From NCBI GenBank assembly GCA_016926735.1, contig JAFGOA010000217.1, positions 1 to 21,842 of the forward strand: a stretch of 21,842 nt of DNA. The letters are read 5' to 3'. Positions within the stretch are counted from its first letter, which is position 1, and each line of letters begins with the position of its first letter. Under the pieces are notes generated by a model that saw only the letters and a program-made list of their open reading frames with translations, ran no database searches and was not told the DNA's origin. The DNA comes from Promethearchaeota archaeon. Lineage in GTDB: Archaea > Asgardarchaeota > Lokiarchaeia > Sigyniarchaeales > SOKP01. The position numbers were made by a program, and so were the translations under genes. Positions 9,435-17,724 of the stretch are shown here, piece by piece.

Positions 9435-9563
9435 TAATTCCGTTCTGTTAAGTAGATAAAAATGATATAAGAAAGGGAGTAGAACTTATATTAAAATTAT
9501 TTAAATGTATTTACATTTTGGAATTATTGAAGAACCTTTTTTTTTTAAGGCTATATATTTAAT

Positions 9564-10340
9564 CTATTTTATTCCATAGATTATATACGATTTTTTAAAT
9601 TCCATTCTTACTATTTTTGGTATTTTATAAATATCAGTAGTTTTTTCATATTTAATTTGATTAATACCCCAACTTTTAATTTCTTTTATAAGACTATTTA
9701 TATCTCCAAATTTTTTCTCAATCCCAAATACATCTTGAAGTGAAAAGATACCTCCTTTCTTCAAAACACGGAATGCTTCTTTTATAATATATCTTTTATT
9801 TTTTTCATCACGGACTTCATGAAAAACATAATTACTTACTATAGCATCAAATTCTTTATCTTTAAAGGGTAAATCGGAAGCAGTTGATCTTTTAAATTCA
9901 ACTTGATTTTCTACTCCCTCGATTCTAGCATTTTTAATGCATAATTCCATGGAATAATTCCAGAATTTTCCCCAATAATCAATTCCAGTAATTTTACATT
10001 CATGATATTTTTTAGCTAAATTAATCGCTAAAGGCCCTGCCCCTGTTCCAATATCTAAAATCTTACCTTTCCCTTTAAAATTCATTTTTTCAATTACTAT
10101 ATTTCTTATTTTATTTTGTAATTCACCATTATTTTTAGAAAAATGATAATAAAGGCTTATAACATAAATAAAAGGAATAAGGAAAAGAACAGAAATAATT
10201 AATAATATTATTCTTATTATAAACCAAGGTAATAATAATGAAATAAGAAAAGGGATAATAAAAAAAAACAATCCTAAAATGATATAGATAGTTGAAACCC
10301 AATTTCCATAATTTACATTCTCTTTCATTAAATAAAACAC
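9564..10340 (-). CDS. Class I SAM-dependent methyltransferase with an N-terminal TM hairpin (start probably ATG 10328)
   Basis: ILDIGTGAG (motif I), GIDYW, LPFKDKEFDAIVSNYVFHEV, RVLKKGG. Confidence 0.9.
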   Translation of the reverse strand: MFYLMKENVNYGNWVSTIYIILGLFFFIIPFLISLLLPWFIIRIILLIISVLFLIPFIYVISLYYHFSKNNGELQNKIRNIVIEKMNFKGKGKILDIGTGAGPLAINLAKKYHECKITGIDYWGKFWNYSMELCIKNARIEGVENQVEFKRSTASDLPFKDKEFDAIVSNYVFHEVRDEKNKRYIIKEAFRVLKKGGIFSLQDVFGIEKKFGDINSLIKEIKSWGINQIKYEKTTDIYKIPKIVRMEFKKSYIIYGIK

Positions 10341-10503
10341 CGTTTTTATATTAAATAATCATATTCTTAAATTTATAATTTTATTAATCTTTAATTTATG
10401 ACATATAAGGATTATTTATATTTAAACTCTATTAGTTCTTCCTAACAAAATATATTCAATCTAAAAAAAGTGGAAAGAAAATTTTATGGATATTGTTAAG
10501 CAT

Positions 10504-10552
10504 AATCTAAGAAAGAGATTCAAATTGCCTTAATATCCTGATTTCTTAGATT
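10504..10552. repeat. 11-bp perfect inverted repeat with a 27-nt spacer
   Basis: AATCTAAGAAA (10504-10514) / TTTCTTAGATT (10542-10552). Confidence 0.85.
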
Positions 10553-10643
10553 TCAAACAGACATATATTAATATTTTGTATATATCACAATTTTGTAATA
10601 TTACAATCAAATATCATTAAAGTAGAATGATTAATTCAATTTT

Positions 10644-10662
10644 AAAAAAAAAGAAAAAAAAA
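10644..10662 (-). terminator. Oligo-U archaeal-type terminator after the 979-aa gene
   Basis: T9-C-T9 on the minus strand directly after the stop at 10664. Confidence 0.55.
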
Positions 10663-10663
10663 T

Positions 10664-13603
10664 TTATATTGGAGTATTTAATTCCCCAATATCTAATTGT
10701 ATCTTATGAATTCTCTCAATAATTCTATCAGATAATTCCTGAGAGATCATATTATGTTTCAGTAAACATTTTACTTTTATAACAGCTTTATCAAGATATG
10801 ATTGTGCACAATCTAATTTTCTATCTATATTACATCCAAAAGATAATTTTAATATGCAACATTCTAAAATTTTTTCAGTATTATAGAGTTTAGAAAGTAT
10901 ACAATTTTTTGAACAATGGCATCCAATTTCATCATCAATATCATCAATAAGATTTAAAAGATCCACAGAAATATGAGCTATTTTTATTGCTTGAGAACCT
11001 CCAACAGTAACACCCATTAAATAGATAATATTATTACGGATGTTATGGATCTTTGCAATCAAATAATCATATTCACTCTCGTTAATGAATCCTATTTTAT
11101 TAAGAAAATCGGTTTTAAATTCTGTGATCTGAATTACTGCTTTTGAAAAGAATTCATGAATTAATGCACAATTAATTAAATCTTCATTATACAATTCATA
11201 TGCTCTTGACAAATGCCATTGAGCCCAAGTTAATTTCCTATTTATGCTTTCACTTAGGTGATGACTCCAACATTTACTTATGTGATGATGTGTACATTTA
11301 TTTTTGCATTTGTTTGAATAATCATCCAGAAAACCATTAAAATCTTGTTTTAATACCTCGATTTGGTTTATCACATAAGCAAACATATTATCAATAGTAA
11401 TATCAAAAGTACCATATACCGTAGAAAACAATGAATCGTCAGGACGATCTAAATCTCCATCAAATACTTCAATTTTAAAATTATGAGTTCCAAAATCCAT
11501 AATCCAATTATTTTCTAAACTTATTGATATACTTATATTCAGATTTTCTTGAAATAGATCATAAGTTTCAATTAAAATATCATCAATATAGACTTTGGCA
11601 TAACTAAATCCACTTAAGTCAAAAGCACCTAAAGAGATGTTTACTTTACTAATATCGACAGAAGTATCTAGTCCGTATAATACTGGGGCATCAATATCAT
11701 CATCAATAATAGTGATAACAACTTTTTCTTTAGTTGCTAAAGAATCAAAAGGTCGATCATTATCATTATCAATTGCTACTAAATAAAATACCTGATTTCC
11801 TAATGTTGGAGCTACTGTATAGATTCCAGAAGGATCTTGTGAGAGTCCAGAAGAATCATATGCAATTACTTTTAAAACACCAGGATTTCCATCCGTTCCA
11901 TCGCCATAATACGCATAATGAATAACAGGATTATTTGTATCATCATCTACGAGATAAATACTAAAGGTTTTTATAGTTGAAGATGTATCATCCTCTCCAG
12001 GACGATCATTATCATTATCAACAGCTAAAAAGTCCATATTAACCCATCCGATCGTATTTGGAAGATAATATATTCCAGAAGGATCAACTGATAATCCAGA
12101 GGGATCATAAGCATTAACTACTACATATCCTGGATCTCCATCTGTTTGACCTCCAGTATATGTAATATCTATTGATGGTCCTACAACATCATCATCAATT
12201 AGATATTTAGAAAAGGTTTTTGTAGTTAAAGATGTATCACCAGGGCGGTCGTTATCATTATCAACAGCTATAAAGTTTCTTATATATAGTCCGACCATAT
12301 GAGGTAGAGCATATGTTCCTGACGGATCTTTTGATAATTTTGAGGGATCGGTAGCTTTAACAATTAAAGACCCAGGATCTTGATCAGTTCCCATTCCAAT
12401 ATATTCAAAATTGATAGTTGGCCCCTCTGTATCATCATCTACAATATTAATCGTTATTGTTTTTGATGAGGAGGATGTATCGTCTTTTCCAGGACGATCA
12501 TTATCATTATCTCTTGCATAGAATGTAAACGTATGTTTCCCAAGTTCACTGGGTACATAAGTAATACTGTTTGGAGCTTCAGAAATACCGGAAGGATCTG
12601 TTGCATATGTATAAATATATCCTGGATTTCCATCTGTTCCATCACCATAATATTTACAATGTATTTCCGGTCCAGAAGTATCATCATCTACAATTTTCAC
12701 TGTATGACTTTTTTGGGAGCTAGTTTTATCATCTTTATAGCTCCCCCAATCATTATCTGCATCTGTAGCATAAAATGTATAAGTATATGTTCCAAGTTCA
12801 TTTGATAGATAAGTATATCTAGTTGGAGCACTATAAACACCTGAAGAATCTGAAGCTGTTGTATATATATATCCCGGATTTCCATCTGTTTGACTTCCAT
12901 AATTAGTACAAGTAATAGAAGGACCTCTAGTATCATCATCTTCTATTCTTAGAAAATCAGTATAACCATAACTACTTAAAGGAGACGAGGTATGAGCACG
13001 GACGTATTCATATCCGATTATCACAGGTTTTCCCATAATTTCTTCACTTTGTATTAAATCATATAGTTCTTCAAGTTCGTCTTCATTATTTAGGAAAAAA
13101 CAATATGTACTTGAAGGATATCCATAATCAGAAGGATGAATTGTATCTGGAGATGGTCTATTTTCATCAAAGGTATAATCATGCAAAGTATAAGCTTTTA
13201 TTTGATTAAAGAGCCAATCCCCATAATCTACCTGTTTTGAATAATATACTATATTATCGAGAATTTTGTTATCTTCTGAGAAGAAATTAAAAAATTCGTC
13301 AAAATAAAATACAAGCCAACCCGCTTGAATCTTAATATAGTTTAAAATCGCACCTAAAAGAGGGTAATCAACATATACAGTAACATCTAGGTCATCATCA
13401 TCGTAAGTGTTTACACGAATATGGTCTATAGCAGCACCTGAAGTTTTTAAATTATTATTACCCATTTCATTTAAAAAAGGAATACTGAAGTAATTATATT
13501 CCTGATATTGAGTTTGGGTATTTGAAATTTTAATGGATGTAATTACTGGAGTAATGAATAAAACTGCTATTATAGTAAAAAGAAAAGTTCTTGTTTTCCT
13601 CAT
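10664..13603 (-). CDS. Large secreted protein with 5-6 Asp-rich beta-sandwich repeats and a Cys/His-rich helical C-terminus
   Basis: Signal-peptide-like MRKTRTFLFTIIAVLFITPV. Repeats of 81-84 aa delimited by (I/V)xDDDxx(G)P, with TDGNPG, AxDxSG and AxDNDNDRP. Confidence 0.9.
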   Translation of the reverse strand: MRKTRTFLFTIIAVLFITPVITSIKISNTQTQYQEYNYFSIPFLNEMGNNNLKTSGAAIDHIRVNTYDDDDLDVTVYVDYPLLGAILNYIKIQAGWLVFYFDEFFNFFSEDNKILDNIVYYSKQVDYGDWLFNQIKAYTLHDYTFDENRPSPDTIHPSDYGYPSSTYCFFLNNEDELEELYDLIQSEEIMGKPVIIGYEYVRAHTSSPLSSYGYTDFLRIEDDDTRGPSITCTNYGSQTDGNPGYIYTTASDSSGVYSAPTRYTYLSNELGTYTYTFYATDADNDWGSYKDDKTSSQKSHTVKIVDDDTSGPEIHCKYYGDGTDGNPGYIYTYATDPSGISEAPNSITYVPSELGKHTFTFYARDNDNDRPGKDDTSSSSKTITINIVDDDTEGPTINFEYIGMGTDQDPGSLIVKATDPSKLSKDPSGTYALPHMVGLYIRNFIAVDNDNDRPGDTSLTTKTFSKYLIDDDVVGPSIDITYTGGQTDGDPGYVVVNAYDPSGLSVDPSGIYYLPNTIGWVNMDFLAVDNDNDRPGEDDTSSTIKTFSIYLVDDDTNNPVIHYAYYGDGTDGNPGVLKVIAYDSSGLSQDPSGIYTVAPTLGNQVFYLVAIDNDNDRPFDSLATKEKVVITIIDDDIDAPVLYGLDTSVDISKVNISLGAFDLSGFSYAKVYIDDILIETYDLFQENLNISISISLENNWIMDFGTHNFKIEVFDGDLDRPDDSLFSTVYGTFDITIDNMFAYVINQIEVLKQDFNGFLDDYSNKCKNKCTHHHISKCWSHHLSESINRKLTWAQWHLSRAYELYNEDLINCALIHEFFSKAVIQITEFKTDFLNKIGFINESEYDYLIAKIHNIRNNIIYLMGVTVGGSQAIKIAHISVDLLNLIDDIDDEIGCHCSKNCILSKLYNTEKILECCILKLSFGCNIDRKLDCAQSYLDKAVIKVKCLLKHNMISQELSDRIIERIHKIQLDIGELNTPI
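11696..12940 (-). repeat. Intragenic tandem domain repeats, five full units followed by a longer degenerate sixth
   Basis: DDD codons at 12932-40, 12680-88, 12431-39, 12188-96, 11939-47 and 11696-704. Spacings are 252, 249, 243, 249 and 243 nt. Confidence 0.92.
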
Positions 13604-13804
13604 ATTAACTCAATTTTTAATTAGATAAAAAATTCATAAGAAGTTATATAAATATATCTACCAAATATATATAAAGTTAAAGGATTTGTTGGGCTCAAAA
13701 TATCGAATTTTGATAAAAAAAACCTAATTCCTTTTCATATTTTACACAAATAAAAAAAAGGAAGATTTAGAAAATCATAATCTCTATAATTGAGTATGGA
13801 TTTA

Positions 13805-15259
13805 TTAATTTTGCTTATATATCCCATATTCTTTAGTAGTATTTATCATCATTTTAACATTTTCTGGTTTAGCTTCTTCAATAACAGTACCATTCATCAT
13901 GATAAAACCCCCGTTTTCACTTGCACTATCGATTAAAGCCTCAGTATAATATTTAACTTGTTCTGGCGCTCCAACATTTAAAAGTGTAATAGGTACATTT
14001 CCTGCAATACAAGCGGAACTACCAAGGATGGTTTTTGCTGCTGTCATATCTGTTAAATCAAGACCCCAAATCACTTTTCCTTTAGGTAAATCTTTAATTA
14101 TTTCCAAGCGAGTATTATAGCTTCCTTCTGCATATGGAAAGGGGATGCATCCTTCTTCAATTAGACCCATAAGTAACTTTCTAAACGAAGGCCAATAGAA
14201 TTCTTTATATTGTTCGTTAGAAAGAAAACTATCTGCACCTTTATGTAAAGGAATAAAGACAATAGGATTTCCACTCATTTGCACTCCTGCTACACCGAAT
14301 TTAATCATTAAAGGTACTAATCTTTCACAAGCTTCTAAAAGTTTTTTAGGTTGTCTATGGATATCCATCATTATTCCTCTCGTTCCTCTAAGAGTATCCC
14401 CAAGTGTATCAAAAGGAGCCTTAGTAGCGCCACCGAAAAAGTTAGGATATCCTAATTCCGCCATTTCTTTATCAAATGCACCAAGAATTCCACCCCATTT
14501 TAAAGCTTCAGAGCCTGCTTCTAGGAGTTTTTTATAAGCTTCTTGAACCTCTGGTAAACCGTATGGAAGAATACCTCCACCAACAAATACAATCTCAAGA
14601 ATATTGGTTAGTGGAGATAAATTTTTTAGAGGTTCTAATGCTCCAAAAATACGAGGTAGATAAACACTTCTGAAAAATCCGGATGGATCTTCAATTAAAG
14701 CATCATATTCATCTCTCTTCATATATTCTTTTTCAAGACATTGATATGAGTGTTCGGGAGATGTACCATGACCTGGCCAAGCATATAATTTATAATCTAA
14801 TAGATCAAATATTCTTCCAGGTCCAGGTACAAAACATCCTATATGCGCATCAGGTTGAAAATCTAAAACATATCTTTTCCATGCACTATATAATTTATCA
14901 TAATCATACATTACATCTCGGGGTGTTAAACCAGAGTAATATGCAGGAAAAAAACCAATACTTAAGACAACAGGAACTCTATCTGGTACTTTTTTCAGTT
15001 GTATTGCATCTTTTATTCGTAATATTCTCTCTCTATATGACTTTTCAGCTTCGGGACTAATAAATTCAAAATTTTCTGCTGAAAGCCATCTTTCAAACAT
15101 TTTTTCTTGTTTTTCATTTAATTCAGAGAGATCTATCATTAATTCTTTTTCAGTCAGTTCTTTCGTTCTAGATCTTTTTATCTCCATTTTTGGTTTAGTT
15201 TTTTCCTCTGATTTTATATATTTCTTCCAAAATTTTATTTTATTCAACATTTTCACCAC
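13805..15259 (-). CDS. Uroporphyrinogen decarboxylase/MtaA-fold protein, probably a substrate:corrinoid methyltransferase (start probably ATG 15250 or later)
   Basis: PDRVPV, LRGTRGIMMDI, FLSNEQYKEFYWP, CIAGNVP, GGFIM. Overlaps the corrinoid protein stop. Confidence 0.85.
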   Translation of the reverse strand: MVKMLNKIKFWKKYIKSEEKTKPKMEIKRSRTKELTEKELMIDLSELNEKQEKMFERWLSAENFEFISPEAEKSYRERILRIKDAIQLKKVPDRVPVVLSIGFFPAYYSGLTPRDVMYDYDKLYSAWKRYVLDFQPDAHIGCFVPGPGRIFDLLDYKLYAWPGHGTSPEHSYQCLEKEYMKRDEYDALIEDPSGFFRSVYLPRIFGALEPLKNLSPLTNILEIVFVGGGILPYGLPEVQEAYKKLLEAGSEALKWGGILGAFDKEMAELGYPNFFGGATKAPFDTLGDTLRGTRGIMMDIHRQPKKLLEACERLVPLMIKFGVAGVQMSGNPIVFIPLHKGADSFLSNEQYKEFYWPSFRKLLMGLIEEGCIPFPYAEGSYNTRLEIIKDLPKGKVIWGLDLTDMTAAKTILGSSACIAGNVPITLLNVGAPEQVKYYTEALIDSASENGGFIMMNGTVIEEAKPENVKMMINTTKEYGIYKQN

Positions 15260-15887
15260 TCACCCAATTCTTTGCTATTTTTACAGCCTCGATAGCATCT
15301 TTTCCAAAAGCATCTGCTCCCACATAATCTTGTATGCTTTCATCTATCTGTCCTCCCCCAATTATAATCTTTTTATTCTCTTTTAATCCCGATTTTTTAA
15401 TTGCCTCTATTATCTCTTTCATAGATTCATAAGCCAGAGTTAAAAATCCACTTAGAGCAATAATATCAGGATTAGTCTCTTTGATCTTTTCAATAAATTT
15501 TTCCTTAGAAACATCAACCCCAAGATCAATTACTTCAAATCCGTTTGAATCAAGTAAAAATTTTACAATATCTTTTCCGATATCATGAATATCACCAAAT
15601 ACAGTTCCTATTATAACTTTTCCTATTTTTTTTTGTTGTTGTTGATTTGATTTAACTAATGGATGTATAAAATCAGTTATTTGTTTTGTAATCTCACCAG
15701 TCATAATTAACTCTGATAGAAAATATTCATTATTTTGATATTTTTCACCTACAATACTCATTGCTTTTTGTACTTCTTCTAATATTATTAGGGGATCCTC
15801 ACCTTGTTCCACTCTTTTTTTAACTAATTCTATTGCTTCATCTTCATAAATTTCTATGATTAGGTTAACAAGATCATCATTTGGCAT
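15240..15887 (-). CDS. Corrinoid (B12-binding) methyl-carrier protein, MtaC/MtbC-like
   Basis: N-terminal cap (VGEKYQNNEYFLSELIM), GDIHDIGK (DxHxxG), VIDLGVDV, LSGFL (SxxL), IIGGG. Confidence 0.95.
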   Translation of the reverse strand: MPNDDLVNLIIEIYEDEAIELVKKRVEQGEDPLIILEEVQKAMSIVGEKYQNNEYFLSELIMTGEITKQITDFIHPLVKSNQQQQKKIGKVIIGTVFGDIHDIGKDIVKFLLDSNGFEVIDLGVDVSKEKFIEKIKETNPDIIALSGFLTLAYESMKEIIEAIKKSGLKENKKIIIGGGQIDESIQDYVGADAFGKDAIEAVKIAKNWVSGENVE

Positions 15888-16097
15888 GATAATTCCTCTA
15901 ATTTAAAGTAAAAATTCGTTGTGATATCTATAAAATTCAGACATAATTTTAATTTTTAAATTTTGTGGTTATATTTTTATTCAAATAGGTTAAATTATCC
16001 TATTTTTTATTCATTTTTAACTAAAAAATCGAATAAGAAACATTTAATAGTTCTGAATGATAATCATCATGAATTTGTTCCATTAAAATAGTATAAT

Positions 16098-17459
16098 TTA
16101 CATGATAAATGTAATTTCAATAAAAAGAGTAATTGAAGAGAAAAAAATAACTATTGGCATCACAAAAAAGCCATACTTAGCAAATTCATTAAACCTTAGA
16201 TGAATCCCTTTATTTAAAAGAATTTTATACCACATAATTCCTGCAAGAGCCCCAATAAAAGTAAAATTGGCTCCAAAATTACTTCCCATAATTAAAGAGT
16301 AAATTATTCCCAATTGTAATCCTCCTGATATTGTAAATGATTCATTTAAAAGAATTTGAGTAAAAAAAATAGTCATTGGTTGATTATTCATAAGATTGCA
16401 CATTAGAGCTGAAATGAATGTAAAAAAAATAATAGATATCAATAAATAAATATTTAATTTTGAAAGAATAACTGCTAATGAATCTATCCATTTATATTCC
16501 ACTAATGTTTCTACAATAATAAACATACCAATAATAAAGGGGAGTATTTTCCAAGGTACTAGATTTAATATTTTTTTAGACCTTGTAAAATTCTTATGAG
16601 AAATAATATCAACGAGAAGATTTTTAAGAAATAATATGATAGCAAAAAAACTACTAATAACCCATAAGGGATAATTTAAGGAGGAAGATAATGCTAATGC
16701 TATAATACATGAAAATAGAATAATTATACCAAAAATTGCTCCTGATTTGTCCTTTATTGCATTTTTTGGATCAATTTCTGGAGTAATATATTTTGTTTTA
16801 ATTTTTTTTTTAAAAAGCAAAATAAGTAATGATAAGCAACTTAAACCTCCAATTATAGTAGGTAATAGCATATATATAGAATAGTCTAAAAATGAAAGAT
16901 TGAAAGCTTCCGCTACAATTATATTTGTAGGATTACCAATATATAATGTAAGACTCCAAATGTTGGCAGCAAAAAATTGTGCAATTAGATATGGAATGGG
17001 ATTGATTTTTGTATATTTGCTAAAATATATAATAATTGGTGTTAATGTAAGAATCACTATATCATTTGAAGTAAATATAGTAAGAATACTACTTAAGAAA
17101 AATAAGTAAATAAATAATCTAATTCCTGAATTTTTAGCGGTTTTAATTGTTTTTAACGAGATAAATTCAAAGAAACCTGTTAGATCTAATGATAAACAAA
17201 TATATGCTACTGAAAAAAAAATAATTATTATAGAATAAGGTCTAATTCTTTCTGAGCCAATGATACCTTTAATTAATATTTCAGGATTTATTGAAAATGT
17301 AAGTATTAATATAATAACTCCTATTGTGGGGATTATAGCGTAATCAAATTTTATCTTTCTTTTTTTTATTTCAAATGATTTTTTTGATCTAAAACTTAAC
17401 AAAATTGAAATAATTACAAATAAAAATACAAATAACGAGATATATGAATTAATTACCAT
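16098..17459 (-). CDS. ArsB/NhaD (ion transporter superfamily) permease
   Basis: About 12 hydrophobic segments; TSNDIVILTLTP, GNPTNIIVA, NNQPM, GSNFGANFTFIGALAGIMW. Confidence 0.85.
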   Translation of the reverse strand: MVINSYISLFVFLFVIISILLSFRSKKSFEIKKRKIKFDYAIIPTIGVIILILTFSINPEILIKGIIGSERIRPYSIIIIFFSVAYICLSLDLTGFFEFISLKTIKTAKNSGIRLFIYLFFLSSILTIFTSNDIVILTLTPIIIYFSKYTKINPIPYLIAQFFAANIWSLTLYIGNPTNIIVAEAFNLSFLDYSIYMLLPTIIGGLSCLSLLILLFKKKIKTKYITPEIDPKNAIKDKSGAIFGIIILFSCIIALALSSSLNYPLWVISSFFAIILFLKNLLVDIISHKNFTRSKKILNLVPWKILPFIIGMFIIVETLVEYKWIDSLAVILSKLNIYLLISIIFFTFISALMCNLMNNQPMTIFFTQILLNESFTISGGLQLGIIYSLIMGSNFGANFTFIGALAGIMWYKILLNKGIHLRFNEFAKYGFFVMPIVIFFSSITLFIEITFIM

Positions 17460-17636
17460 AAAAAATATCTTTTTTTATAAAATATTTAGATATTTAAGGT
17501 ATTAGAGAATTATATTTTTACCTATTCATGTTAAAAAAAAAATTTGTTTTTTTTTTCTTCAAATAAAAATTTAATCGTTAATTATTTCAATATTCTTACT
17601 CTAAGATGATAGTGAAATTGAGCTCTCATTTAAGAT

Positions 17637-17657
17637 TTTGATGAAAATTTCATCAAA
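17637..17657. repeat. Perfect 10-1-10 palindrome between tetR and the permease gene
   Basis: TTTGATGAAA-A-TTTCATCAAA. Confidence 0.85.
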
Positions 17658-17724
17658 TTCTAATTAATAAAGAATTAATTAATTTTATCTAAGCCAAACA
17701 ACAATCAACTATGATTTTACACTC

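Noticed and set aside
9564-10340. ArsM arsenite methyltransferase linked to the ArsB-like permease
   Set aside because: Lacks the conserved ArsM Cys set and has an N-terminal TM hairpin.
11734-12939. Four short ORFs inside the 979-aa gene
   Set aside because: Alternative-frame or antisense products of the repeat-coding region.
14442-14455. Perfect palindrome TTAGGATATCCTAA resembling a DtxR-type site
   Set aside because: Mid-CDS (encodes LGYPN) and far from any promoter; probably chance.
14476-15060. Antisense ORFs 14476-14673 and 14683-15060
   Set aside because: Shadows of the methyltransferase.
13805-15887. HgcAB mercury methylation, pyrrolysine methylamine methyltransferase or haem-pathway HemE
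   Set aside because: No NVWCAAGK motif or ferredoxin, no in-frame TAG read-through, and the corrinoid context and length argue against HemE.
16900-17109. 69-aa antisense ORF
   Set aside because: Shadow of the permease.
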